Assembly (NCBI GenBank): GCA_000708835.1
Contig: DF236964.1
Span: 361,206-425,205 of the forward strand
DNA from: Klebsormidium nitens
Taxonomy: Eukaryota; Plantae; Klebsormidiophyceae
Length of the DNA: 64,000 nt
Reading direction: 5' to 3'
The notes under the pieces are model-generated. The model was not told where the DNA came from and ran no database searches. It worked only from the letters and a program-made list of their open reading frames with translations. This document shows, piece after piece, positions 36,262-49,713 of this stretch (position 1 is its first letter; each line of letters starts with the position of its first letter). Position numbers and translations under genes: made by a program.

Positions 36262-37890
36262 TTTGCCACCCTTATCGTGTACAAGGTCGTCTTTAATAGG
36301 TACGGTAGATGTCTTGAGCTAGCAGTTCTGAATCTCAGCGCTGGTCGACAGCACGCAAGCCCTCCGTGCTTCGGGTTGGCCCCTGACGTTTGAACAGGAT
36401 TCAGGGCGGCGGCAGCGGAACTCCGGAACCGGAAAGGCTCGATGGCAAACTCGTATCGCAGACTTCGAACATTTTGAAATTCGGGCAAGAAATGACGATG
36501 TAAGAGTGGGCAATCCCTTTCGACATGTGGTTCGGAATCGTCGAAAGCATATCACATTGGCTTTTCACATCGAACTCGCTGCTCATATAGCTGGATAGAG
36601 GACAAAGAACCGGTTTATGCCGCGCCATGCCGTCAGCTTCTATTATGCAAGGCCAAATGCAGTCAACGTCAAGGTCCACGACATTCAATTTCATTGCGAA
36701 TATGGTGTCTTGTAAGGATTTTCCGAGGGAATCAAATTTTAGGGGAATGGCCATTCTCCCATTCTGCCAGGCTGGTTGCCAGGAAAGTGCGCTAGGAGAG
36801 GCGGGGACTAGGAGCCGCTCAGCGGCTCAGGCATATGGTGGCGATGGCCTGGCCACTGCCGGCTTGAGCTTTATGAGTTTGCATACAAGGCAATATCCTA
36901 CTTTGCTTGGAGTCTGGTGAGGAGCCTAGGCGAGGAGCTCACGCTGCACGCGAATGAATCTGCGAGGACGGTGCGCAATCAGGTAAAGAAGCAGGGTTCG
37001 AGGCAAGGATGACAGGCCCCACTGGAGAGGGGCTTCGCTGACACTGATGTGAAGATGGACGCTGCGCAAGCCAGGTGACCGTCTTTGCTATACCATGTTT
37101 CTTAAGATGAGCATTGCTCTATGCACCCACAAAATCAGCACAATGAGCGCCATAGTATAGGCAAATCGGCAAAGTTGTAGCTTGCTCAAGCATAAACTCA
37201 GGTTATCTATTCTTATTGCATGTGATACTGGTCAAGTCAGGCCACTTTGTGCACAAATTATGTTGGAATGCGGACGAGAGAGATCACACAGAAACAGATT
37301 CATTCCTGAGCTGGTCAAACTCCAATTCGCAGGTGTGACCTGCAATCCTCCACTCACTTCTTGCCTGGGGTTCAAATTCTGGAAAGAGGAGCGGAATGAC
37401 CCAGGAGGGGAGCCCTCAGCACGGGATCCCCCTCGCAGTACCAGAAAGGTTTGAATCTCCTTTCCCTTTGTTTGTTTCCCAAACTAGCGGGTTATTCTTT
37501 GGTACTAGACATTTCCAGTTCCCTGCAATGAAGTATCAGGGTGATGGGGCAGGTTATGGCCCCATGCCATATCCCCCATACGCCCCTGGCCCCATTTGGA
37601 GCAGGCTCTAAGCAACTTCTGCACGGAGCCAAGGTGAAGCGGCCGCAAGCTTATATACTCGCTGATTCTTGCAGAATACAAGGAGATTGACTTCATTCTC
37701 TGCGATTTCATCTTGTTAGATGCACACTGTAGAGTATCTTCAGTTGGAAAGAGTCACCAAATCTGGACGAACACAAGCAATACTCTGAAGGCCCAAACTT
37801 GATGTCAAAACTCACCTGATGCTCTGACCCCTTTGAATGACCAACCCATAGCACCAGAGCAACGAGGCTGACTAGGATATCTTTCTACAG

Positions 37891-40800
37891 CATGCTCCCA
37901 ACTGCCCTTGCTGCAAACCATGAGTTGACGCTTGAGACACTGTGGAACATATGGTGCGTCAAGCGTTTGGCTGCGTTTCTACCTCCCGTTTTCAAGGCGT
38001 TGCAACTAGGTGTGAGGACCAGAGGACAAGTGAGTTTATCTGACTGTCGTCCTCTAGCATCTGCAGCCTGCATCACATACACCTAAGCTCAAAGATGAGC
38101 TACGCGTCAGAAGTCTGCAAAGAAGCCTATCACAATGTTGTACAGTGATGGCCGTTGCTGCATGCACAATCCTTATGCTGAACCTGCCCAAGTCTACTGT
38201 CCTAACCAACGCACACACCGGCTGGCGTAGGTGCCGGATTGGTGGCCTCACCAACTCTCAGACGAGGTGTACCGTCAAAGAACCCATGGATGGGCAAAAG
38301 AGGACGTGATTAAGGTTTTGAAGGCATTGTGGGCAGCAACAGAGTCGGACCCCGGTCTAGCTGAGCAGATAGTCAGATGCTGGGCTCGATACAGATGCCA
38401 GGTCATCTCAAAGGAGCAGAATGCGATGGATGCTGCGATTGGCTTCCTAAACCAGCAGCCGCCGACCCTGGCTCAAGAGAGCCCCAACACTGTGGCAGCT
38501 CCCAAGGGTACAACTTTGCAGGTGAGTTCATGTAACTTGCACTCCAGGCTTTCCCATTGGACATGTGTCTGTATCTGGCAATGGTTTCTTTGCCTTGTCT
38601 TCCAGGATTCTCAAGGACGGTTGAAGGGTTTCCTGGGTCTCCCAATCTTTGACAGCATAACCCTCGCTCATAGAACCTGGCTTACTCGGTCTGAAGACTT
38701 GCGGCATACTGTGAGAGAAGGATCTCAACCGAGGGCTGTTCGTGCTATGCTTCCTTAGCGTGCAATCTGGGTCAGCCTACCTCAATATTTCACAGTATCA
38801 GGTGATGGCACCGTCTGCCATCAAGCTCACCCTACCATTTCCATCCACCTGCAGCACGCTCACAGACTCTTAGACTGCTGGTCAAGATCTCCACACGTCT
38901 CCACCCCGCCAGTCATATGTTGCCGCATGTCTGAGTCTTAGCACCTTTTCCAAACAAGGCGGAATTGGAGTTGGCCTTGCAAATGTGCTGTTGTCATCTT
39001 TCCTGCACAATTGCGCAAGTCATCAAGGTACAGTCTTTGCAGTAGCCGCTGTTCAGCCCCTTGTATCCTCCAATCACAAACGCGCACTCATTCCCAGTGC
39101 AAAATAGCTGTCTGTTAAAACCGAGCTCTCTAAACAGGTGACTTTCAGGCTGACAGCACTCAGGAGTGTACTAAATCTATCAGTTCTCTCGTAGAAGCTG
39201 GTCCCAATCTCTTGTGCAGCGACATGGACGAGATGATCTGAAGCGGAAAGAACAGGACCGCTCCGCCTCACCCGTCAGGGACAAGAGGAGCAGGGCAGAG
39301 AGCAGTGAGCCGGAGCAAGTGCGTGCAAGGCACAAACCTGCGCAGATCGATTTGGTAAGTGCCGGGCGCCTTCTTCATGGCAGGCCTTTGCTAAGCGGTT
39401 GAGCCAATGCCCTCTCTTAAGTGGCTCTATTAGGTAGGTCTTGGACAAGTCAGCTGGCCGACTGTTATCAGGTTCTCATTCTTACTTCTGTCGTGTCCAG
39501 CCGCGTGTTTGCAAACAGGGACTGTGTGCCCTGCTGGGCCGTGAAGGGTCCACAGCAAGCTGGTCATTTGAGCTGGTTGCTTCTGAACATGTGACCTGAA
39601 TAGGAATGTACACATTGCCATGACAGTTCGACACCAGCCCAGTGGCGGGCTTACCCCCTCGGCGCCAGCTGTGGGGCGGGAACCAAGTGTCAGGCTCGGG
39701 CAGCGCCGACCTTCCGGAACAAGATGGCACGCTGCTTTCACGCCTTCAGGACCTGTGTGCCAAGACAAAGACACCCGTAGCCAAGGTGAGAGCACAAAGC
39801 CTTATTCGCGTATAACGCTTGTTGGGAGACGGTCTGGCTTTGAAATGCTTTATGTCGAGTATCTCCAGTTATGAGGAGGCATGTGGATTTGGTCGAAAGG
39901 CCCTACTGGGTTGCAGCCTTTCATTCCTATGCCGCTGCTGTGGCGGGGTTTATGTCATGGTCATCGTCAGTGCTATGGCCTGCTCTGAAGGAACTTTGTC
40001 AGTCTTCATCTCGAAACGAGGGCGGCACTTGGCGCCGCAGTTCGGCAGATGCTTACTCTGCCCTGGCTCAGTCCACAACTTTACATGGGGAAAGGAAAAC
40101 TTAGGGAATAATCTAATCATATAATGTCGGCCTCGATCAAGGAACTTTTTTATTGTAGAGCGGGCTAGCGAGCCCCATGAACAGTCTTTTCCTAACTTTC
40201 CCTTCTCGCTGTACCGCAGGCGCAGACCAGCAACAAGGCAATGGACAGCCTCGACGGTCTGTTCACGCCGGCAGCAGCGGCTGACGTCACCGCAGGGCTT
40301 CCCGGCTACACCTCAGAGCCACCCAGGGCTCGCGCAAGGCTGACGTCATCCGCTGCTGAGCGAGAGGAAGCCGTTCTCTGCTTGCTGCGCACTCTGGACG
40401 ACGTGGCCAATCTGGAGGCGGAAGCAGCTCGGCACCAGATACTGGGCGTCATCGAGGACCTCCACCGGCTCCTGGCGAAGGCTGTGTTGTACAGAGACCT
40501 GCGCTACCCCTGCGCCATCCTTCTGGCCCGCTTTGCCCACCGAGAGGATTGGCTCGACCTGCTGGTGGATCGCATCCCCGGTGATAAACTTCGTGGTCTC
40601 GTGAAGGATCTCCTGACGGCGGCGGTTGTGCAACTGGGGGAGACGGACATGAACCCGGTAGAGATTCAGAAACCTCAGGAGGGGTCGAGCCTCGCCCCGT
40701 TGATCCGCGTGCTCGGGGCCTTGCGGAAGAGAGCAGCCCCGTTCGACGGCGCATGGCCGAAGTGCTCCGAAGTTCTGAAGAAAGTGCAGAAGCTGGTCGG

Positions 40801-42652
40801 AAAGGAAGGAGATAAGTTGCTCGTGAAGCAAGACTGGGCGATAGCGGCGCGAGAGGCTCTGGTGGAAGAGTTTCCCTGGAACTTTGCCACTGAGGGCCAG
40901 CTGGGGAAGACGTCAACCCTTAGCGGTGAGGATGGGGGTCTGATCAGCGCAGTCGAGCTCGCCTTGCAAGGAGGCGGAGGGCAGTCGATGGAAGTGGATC
41001 TCCAGAAGCAATCGGAGGACGCCGAGGTGTTTGCTGCCGACGCCTTCAATTGGGAGGCCGAGGATAGTTCGTTTGGTGAGCCAATGGGACCGGGGCTGAT
41101 GATGCTGCCGCTCTCTTTGTTTATTCGGAGGCGCGTCTTAGGCAGACTCACAATCATAGGCACTAGTATTCTTTCCAGTGAAAGATGGCAAAGAACCTCG
41201 ATGCGGAAGTCGCGTGCTTCCTGCGGGTGTTTCATGGGAGGAAAAGGTTGAAATCACTCATTCGAAGCCGATGCGATGCGCCAAGAGGACCCTTGCGCAT
41301 TGACGGGCGCTTGCATGCTGTCAAGAAAGATTTGATGGGCTGATCAATCGGCGAGAACCAATATGGACTTGGACTGTAGCGCCAATAGAAGCTCGATGTG
41401 CAGAAAGGAGCGCTCATCGTGGCGAAGATTCCTCTTGTTTGCCTTATTCCCTTTCCTTTCGTTGGCGCACTGCGTAGCCCAATTGCCTCGTGTAACCCGT
41501 CCTCGTGTTCTGAAAAAATTTGCAGCCCCCGAGGAAGTCGAAGCTGATTGGCAGCTCGCCCATAAGCGTGCAGAAAGCGACGCCTCATTGAAGGAGAACG
41601 AGTAAGTTCGCTGTAGATCGTGCCAAGCTCTGCTTCGACTAGCTCAGGCCGTTCAAACTCTTTGCAAGGCAGGGTGCCGAGGCTGCATGCGTCATCGCCG
41701 GTTAGATTCTAAAACTGCACAGCCCAATCCGGTTGGGGCGCTCGACTCGATAGACTAGTTACTCCAGGTAGCGTAGTTTGGTCCACAGTACAGTACATGC
41801 CTTCATATGGCAATTGGTTTCAGATTGAATTCATTGTACCAAAAGTTGCTTCGTTCGGGGTCCGCATGTGGCAGTGCCCCGTACAATATTTCTGTAAGAT
41901 TGAGGATAGGACGCAGCAGAGATCTTGAGGTTGCTTTCAACCTTTAAGCGAAATTTGTTTACATAGCCAGTGGATGGAGTTGTTAAAGTGTTGAACCAGG
42001 CAGCTTTACAAACGCCCATACAGACGGAGTCAGATGTCGAAAATCTGGTCCGATAGGCGTCGGTACTGAACGTACACGTCACGCCTGTGGTCCCGCTGCA
42101 GGCTGTTGAGCGCCAAAAGGCGCCTGTCGTTCGCCCTGGCGGATTACCACCAGCGATATACGGAATACGTCACCGCAGTCAACTGGGTCAAGAAGAAAAA
42201 TGGACAAGTAGGTGACATCTTAGCAATGCTTTACATTCTTTTTGGAGAAAGCAACACTTGCACCCAAAGCTGGAAGCGAGTTTCGTCTCAAACGTCAGTG
42301 TGTCCCCATTGTCAAGTGCTCTAAGCACACGCCCGACGTGCGAAAACAATCAGTCCTTCAGATGTACTTATTGTCGATTTGATACGAGTGCAGACCTGTC
42401 TTTGTCCACCTCATCTACGTCTTCGGTGCAGATTCCTTCGCACCGTCTTGTTCGATTTGGGTCGGGCTCTGAGTTTGACAAAGGCAAACCTGTATGCTAA
42501 GCACCTCCAACAGTCCAGTCTAGCTTGCTGGCCCTGAATGTGTGAGGAGTTACCAGTGCCGTCATTGGTTAGGTCACAGACAATCTTACTCTTCCGTGAC
42601 CGACTGATTGCAGTTGTTGGAACAAAGGCCCGATGGCGAGGAGCGTGTTTGA
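37891..42652 (+). CDS. Uncharacterised multi-exon protein with a PDWWP (EIN3/NRF1-like) segment and a long helical region; 5' end unresolved (probably 36.5-37.6 kb)
   Basis: Phase-consistent GT-AG exons 37891-38029, 38231-38521, ~39217-39354, ~39627-39785, 40219-41075, 41526-41601, 42102-42207. Possible extra exon from 41179 and tentative last exon 42614-42652. Confidence 0.6.
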
Positions 42653-45077
42653 CGTCCCAGACGTCATTGGCCATGTGGAGGGTATACCAGATCTGCACCG
42701 CATATTGCACGTTCGGTCAAACCTGGCCGCCTGACCTGAGTCCGAATTGAGCCAGTCGCATAACTTTTCTCGAGCCGCAGAACCTGAGCCGTTCGATGAG
42801 AGGCATGTGGGTCATCGCAAGGTCGAAGTTCTGCGGCTCGGGCGCAGTTCTGCTTTCGGATCAAACAGTGGTCTGGACAGGCGGCCAGGTTTAACCGGAT
42901 GTGCAGTATTAGGAATGAAGCTGGCGATGCTAAGCGCAGCACCAGGTCAAGCCGATCTCAAATGTCTTTGGAAGCCCTCATAAGGTATAGTGTATAGTAC
43001 TACAGATTGGCGGGGTGAATTGGAGGTCAGCTTGCGTGTAGATTGAAATCCTCCTGTTGGGTCTTGAGGGTCGCTCGGCTGGGAGATTCATGTAGTGTCC
43101 CGAAACATATTTATTAATAGTTGGTACATGTACGAAAGCGTCGTAATACCATTCGAATCTAGTCCGCATAAAACATTACCAGCCAAGTCGGACCGCCAAA
43201 GGCTCCATTGAACTGGGATATTGGAAAGTCGATGTTGGACAATGGAGTTACTTTTATCATCCTAGGCGGCTGGCAAAGTTGCATGCCAATGTCCATCTTT
43301 GACAATGGATCGACACGGTTGGTAGCTGGTAGTGCTTCATCATGATCAAGTCTGCCGTCGCCTTGTAGATCTAGCATAAATAAATTGAGCAGTTGCCAGC
43401 TCGTTACTTGGGCCAAACCGTATATACTTGCCTATCAAGAGTAACTTGGGCGGGCGGCCGGCCCGGGCCGACTCCGTCGAACTCATTTTGAATGATTGGC
43501 ACTCGCCTAGAAGACAGAATACTCGATTCGATTCGCTCGTATACAAACTTTGAAACTTTGAAAGATGGACATTTCTCTTAAAGCCCGTGCGTATCAAAGG
43601 CATGGGGCGGAGTGCGGGTACAGGGCAGTGTTAGTGCTGTTCGCAAGGACATATTCCTGCAACAACTCCTCAACATTTGCGGACCAGATTTAGCAACCAG
43701 AAATCGATACTGCAGTTGCACTAGCATTTGCCGTCGACGATCGACAATCGTTTTTCTATCTATGAGAGAAGAACTACCATCATAGACGTTATGCAAATTA
43801 ATTCGTGCTCTATGCTAGAGTCTTCAGTCAGGTCCGGTCCGGGCCGCATTCTTGCCGGAAGCGTCGTGGGACATGTCCATGCTAGTACCCTGAGCAGTGG
43901 CATCAAATGATGGCACCTCGCACATAAGGGGCCGATATTGCTTTCAAATGTAAGGCGTTCATTGTGTGATTGATCTGCGCAGCAGCTAGCTGACAAGCAG
44001 CATTGTTCCGACGGCAGGGGCGCTAGCCTCTCGCTTCGGGATACTGGAAAACTGTGGAAAGATCGATCGAGGCCACACGTGTACACTGCCTCATGCATGG
44101 AACGTTAATTGAATCCTATATATACGCTGTGTGCAAATTCGAGCCCTTTAGGTTATGAGTATCGTACCAGTCTGCTATACTGGTGGTGGTGAAGCAGTGA
44201 GTGACGCCCGGCCTCTTATACTCCGATTCTGTTACGGTCTTTTTCGACTCGCTGAGAGTTCGTCTTTAAGCCGCCTAAGGCCTGGTAAAAATAAAGTTCG
44301 GCCCAGTGCTCCACTGTCAGACAACGTGGTCGGATCGACGTACAGGCTTCACCGCGGCTAGCTCATACTAATCATTGCATGCTCGCGATCGATCGAGAAT
44401 CAGTACTCATGGCGTCATCCAAGTTGACATCATATACTGCTTAGTAAGCTGCACGCTAGCTCGCCGTGCTCCAATATGTTGCTATCCTCGACGTACATAC
44501 GGTCACATGCATTGAATTGTCCTACTTGTCAGCTTGTGCCATGGACTTACGACATACATGCCACACGCGCGACAAGCTTCAAGGCTCTGATATATGCTAA
44601 GCTTTCAGCATGCGCATGCTGCCATCTAATTTCGACCAATTGATCACTCCCGGGACAAACTTGAAAGTGACTAATTCATGACTTGATCAACCAGACCAAG
44701 TCTCTCATACGAGCACACTAAAACTACAATTTTTTTATTGTCGTCTGCATTAATGTTTGCACCACGTCATTGGTCCTGATTGTGTTGTTTTGAATCTACG
44801 ATGTAATGCTACTATGTTCTTTATCGATCCCGCCTTAGGGATTGGCTAACATGTTTTGTAACTTGGACACACAAGTGCAAAGGTTTATTGTTGGCAAAGC
44901 TAGCATGCAACGACTATAGGCGGCATCCCTTTAGGATTCTTATTTTTTAGCGGCTATAGAACCACAAGTTTGGCCAACGGTTTTAACGCTAAGGAACGAG
45001 CGCATCGATGGATAAGATGGCCGATCCCAATCGTCAATGCTCTGACTTATTGAAGCGTCCAGTCGATCATAACAAAC

Positions 45078-45332
45078 ACCACGGCCCAGTCGTCCGGCCT
45101 CAAGTATCACCACGGCACATTTCAAACTACGGCCTGGTCGTCCAGCCAACTTATATACACCACGGCCCGATTGTCCTGCCTCAGATATAATTTCACAATG
45201 GCCCGGTCGTCCAAGTTCTTATAAACACAACGGCCCGGTCGTCCAGCCTCAAGTATCACCACGGTCGTCCAGCCCTCAAGTGAACCCACGGTCGTCCGGC
45301 CATATATCAACATCCCGGTCGTCCAGCCTGAT
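45078..45332. repeat. Degenerate minisatellite, core CACGGCCCGGTCGTCCAGCC, ~25-35-bp units, ~9 copies
   Basis: Repeated (c)acggcccagtcgtccggcctcaagtatcac / ggcctggtcgtccagcc / ggcccggtcgtcc / acggtcgtccagcc. Confidence 0.85.
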
Positions 45333-45868
45333 ATTAAGGGGTTGCAGGCATGGAAAGCGTCCAAGACCACCAAAGGGGACGACTTCCTTGAGGCCATCGC
45401 CGGGTCCCAATCGCCCAACTAAACAAAGCCAAGCGTTGCAGATCTCAAAAGGAAGGAACACCAAGATCAAGCTCTCCCATCCGCTGCGGGTCGGGCCATT
45501 TGCAGGCCTGTGAACTTGACTTGTTCCAGCGAGCCCAAAGTCAACGAAGTTGAGCGTCAAACTTGGTCCCAGTGAAAGCGTCTAGTAAATTGAACGGTTC
45601 CATTCTCGGAACCAATATAGAGCAGGCGGAGAATGGGTCTCGACATCCTCCTAGTTGTGGGTTGCGACCGCGAACCGCACGTTCACACGAATGGTACTAA
45701 CAAGGCTCCATAGTAGCTTCATACGTTGAGGCGATGTTGACGTGCCTCTGAACACCGTTGAAAAGAAAAAAAAAAGGAATTTGTTGCACCCGTGTAGGTA
45801 GCAAGGGGTTTGCCGCACATCCGGATGTAGCCCTCGCTTTCCCAACAGGTTCAACAATAATCAGCACG

Positions 45869-48800
45869 TCATAGCGACGCATTGGGCTTCGCAGCCCTCT
45901 CCTGCCAATCCTTGATGGCGCTCCGCAAGTTGTAGTTGGGAATGAGTTGCGTCTGGGATAGCCGGAGATTGGTAACCGGAGACGCCCTCTTATGCCTGAA
46001 CCAGTTCTCGATCGCGTGGCGTTCGTAGGTGTGGCCGTCCAGTGCAATCACCGGGTCCTCCATAAGTTCCTGCGACGAACAACAAGGACCTGATCAACTG
46101 ACTGTAGGAACACCGAGAGACCAGGACAAAATGCGGACGGAAGATTCTGTAAGGCAGCCAAGACGACACAACCATTCAGCCATGATTACGTCGATTAAGC
46201 TAAAGGGTGAGCCCCCCCGGACAACTGGCTGCAAAATTATTTGTATGAGTCAAAGAGGCGTTTTTGACCGGGCAATCATCCGCGGGGAAATGTATTCATT
46301 CTCTAACCGTTGCTTTTCTAAACGGGTCACTATATCTGCGTGGGCAGACTCTGAAGCCTCGACAAGAGTTAGCATCAGAACCTTCGATCAATTTATATCA
46401 AGGGGGTTGTTCATTGGACCCGGCCTGACGATGCGCAATCACGAAGTGCGAAACCAGGGAGCTTGACTGCTTCTAGACAGATCCGCAATAAGGCGGTACT
46501 TTAAAATTGGACTGTCGTGACGTCAAGTTCCTACAAATGCGGACTTCAGGAATTCAAAACCGGTGCCAGCACAGCTCTCATCTCAAAAAAAGACAACTAT
46601 TCGGAACCGCCTAGCTCGAAGAACAGCCCTCTTTGACAACAGGCAAACAAAGTTTCAGCTCGTCACTGCCTTGCCACCTAATACGTCCCGGCGTGTTTAT
46701 TTCTCTTTCTTTCGGGGCTCAGGGCGCGTTAGCTTCAAACAGGTGCCGAACCGAAGCAGATCTTTCGGAAAGTAACGGGCAAACCTCGGCTAGGTCCCGG
46801 TCCAAGGCCGGTTCACAGAGAACAGGGACCGGTTCTTACAAATTGGAGCCAATTCACATGAGCTGGTTCCTATACTCTGTGAACCCGCCTTGAACCGGGG
46901 CTAAGCCCCGGTTCATCCGCTACTTTTCCGGAGCAGATTGCTCCAGTTAGGCTCCAGTTTGCAGCCAAGACACCCTGTCGGGGGCTGGGTGCGGTGAAGA
47001 GGAGCTTACCCAGGTGATGGGGCACTTGAACATCTTGGGAGTCTGCTCGTCCGAAACGGCCCCGGCTCCCTTAATCTGCTCTCGCTTCGCTGCCCCGAGC
47101 ATCTCGTCCTGTTCCGCGCGTACAATGTCGCGCCCGTCGTCGAAAGTTGTCCGGTCCGAAATGCGCCGGCGCAAAACTCCTGCCGTCTCGCCGTCGCTCT
47201 CGGCACGTGGTCGTTTCCGGTTCGCTTGGGACAGCGCGGTGCCGTTACCACTGGGACCGGACCTGCACAACGGAAGCGCTGATTGTGATGAGTAAGGCTG
47301 CTCGACACACCGTTTGTCGCACCCACCGCTTGATTTGCCCGTTATGTTGGCCGGCTCTGTTGAGCCTTCAGCCGGCGCAGACGAGAAAGACCCTCACGAA
47401 GCAATGGGTCCCGAACAAAGTGCAGAAAGCGTTGCACTCAGCCGCTGAGAAATTTTGCGCACAGCCTGCTCTCCGTCTCTTCCAGCTTTTTCTGATGAGA
47501 CGATTTTCAAATCGCATTTTGGTTTCTTTTAAAAGCACGTACGTTCGGACCCGTAGAAATGCTGTCAGACCCATGAAAGCCTAAAAGTGTCAGATCTGTG
47601 CCGGGCCATGCTAGCGTCCGAAGAAAGGGACCAATCAGGTGCCTGAAGGCTTTCGTCTGACAAGCCGTTTCCGAGACGAGATCCGGAAAGCAACGCCAGT
47701 GAGCCTTGAAAGTGTTCATAAGCTTGTATCAAAGAACCCAATAGCTTGAAAGATAAGCTCCGAGGCAAACCAGTGCTCCCTTCTAAAGCGCTCGTCCAGC
47801 CCTTAACGCGAAGCACGACCTGCTTAAGGCCGCCAGGCTGCTTCCTTAAGAAAGTGCTTAAGGCTGAAAGCCTGAGTTTCAACCCACCTTGGTTCGATGA
47901 CATCCGGAATTGCAAATTATTCGAAGCCGTTGTCGACAGAAGCTCAAAAAGGAAAAAGAACAAACCTATCGAGTTATTGAAAAGAGCCTGGGTGTCCAGA
48001 TGCTTACTCTTGAATGTTCGGCCCCTCGAGGGACCGTGGCGAATCGTTCGTCGTCAGACTCCCGTCGGGCTGAAGCAGTAACCTTCCTCGCCGTGAGTCG
48101 GATAGCACACGCGAACAGACCTGGGGTATGGGTAGCACTTGACGAAGCACCTGACGAAGCACCTGAGGAAAGTGAGGACGATGCACGGTTTGCTGCCGAA
48201 GTGGGAAGCAACTGTTTTCTAACTTCCTGTTTCCATCCGGTGTTAAAGACTCGCCGCACGCGTGCAAGCAAGGACTTCGACAGAGATGCTCTGTTTCACA
48301 CGCCAATACAGAAGTTGCTCATATAGATCGAACGACAGAAGTTTGCAGTTTTTTGTTGACGTCAGCCGAAGAAGTGGGCCATCGAAAGCGATTGCTATCC
48401 GCATCAAATGCAGATACTCGTTTCCGTCTTAAGCAGAAAGGACCGCGGGCGCCAGATACCAAAAGGCAGAGACTCCACCTCATTCAAGAACCCAATGATT
48501 CCCTCGTTCTCAGAAGTAAGGGCCGGCTTGTGGTAACTCACATCGCTTGGAAGATCGGACATATCACCCGCGCCTTCCGCTCGTTCTTCCCCGGCGCCAC
48601 GTGTCACTCTAGTGGTTGCTGATGCGGGCGAGGGAGCGTCGGCAGGCTCGCTTGTGTTGGATTGAGACTCGGAGGTCGAGAGAGAACCGTCCCGTCCTTG
48701 GATTCGTTCCTTGAGATCATTATTTTCTACGACGCTGTTTGGCAAGGAAAAAAAAGCCACGTGTCAATACAAGCAATATTGGAAGAGAAAACATGCACGG

Positions 48801-49713
48801 GCCGGCAAGCACGACACAACGGTCTCGACATGGGAGTCTCGACGAATAGACTCGCATCGGCTCTACTGTCTGCACCTGCGACAAACACCTGTTGCTGTCT
48901 GCAGCATCGAGAGATGCCATGAGAAAGCGAGAGGTAGCAAAACTCAATGAAAAAGCTGAAGATAGGGAAAAGATCATGAGACAATTAGAGATAGCAGAAA
49001 CTTCGCTCAGTTTTTCTGACAATTGTTTCACGACCCGGACTTTGGACCCAAAAGTTCTCCAGCTTGTGCGATGTTCATTGCAGATTTGTTGCTTCGAGGG
49101 AGAGAAGATATCTCCACAGCAGGATCAGGTGCGGGCCCAGTACAAACTGTGCAAACGGCGAACAGATTGAACTCTAGCAGCGAGAAGATTCAGAAGATTC
49201 TACATACAACCTAAGTTGTTCAGACCAAGCGCACTTGCCTGCTTGACAGGTTCAAGCCCGTCTCTGGGCATATGCCTCCAAGTTTGTGGACACAGGCCTT
49301 GCAGCAGTTGGTCTGTGTGTCCAAAGTCACGGGGTCCGTCATAATCTTATCGCACCAGGGGCAGAAGAACTCGCGCGGTCGTCCCTCGACCTTCATGCAA
49401 AAGAAGAGCGGTCAGGGAGAATAGAAACTTTGGTCGCTCTTGGATAGGTTACTTTGACACAAAGCACACCAAGTAGTCAGAGCGTTTCTGATGCCTTTGT
49501 GACACAGTCCACGGTTTGAAGGGAAGAGAAGCATGGGCAGTCAAATGAATTCACTGCAAGTGCGAACGACCAGCAATAGGGACAGTGTTCCATGCCCAAG
49601 GGAGTCCTCCATTAGCGACTGAGAGGCATACCTGCTGAGGAGAGGATCTGCTGGCAGTCGAGCGCAAGTGCCGATCAGACAGGGACGTCGGGTCCTCCCT
49701 GTCCTCCTCATTC
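45869..49713 (-). CDS. U-box E3 ubiquitin ligase with a C-terminal U-box and an N-terminal RING/U-box-like domain; further 5' exons likely up to ~51.1 kb
   Basis: Last exons 47262-47010 and 46069-45869 give PKMFKCPITW|ELMEDPVIALDGHTYERHAIENWF...SPVTNLRLSQTQLIPNYNLRSAIKDW (canonical U-box). Exons 49713-49632 and 49390-~49240 give PREFFCPWCDKIMTDPVTLDTQTNCCKAC...CPETG. Middle exons (~48740-48545, ~48210-48125) are low-complexity and less certain. Confidence 0.75.
46788..46907. mobile_element. ~120-bp fold-back element (MITE-like or hairpin RNA) in the last intron of the U-box gene
   Basis: cccggtccaaggccggttcacagag ... ctctgtgaacccgccttgaaccggg (23/25 complementary), with imperfect pairing continuing inward to the central aattgg-ag-ccaatt. 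No clear TSD. Confidence 0.55.

Noticed and set aside
45078-45332. CRISPR-like repeat-spacer appearance
   Set aside because: Eukaryotic context, no cas genes, degenerate repeats, and short related linkers; it is a minisatellite.
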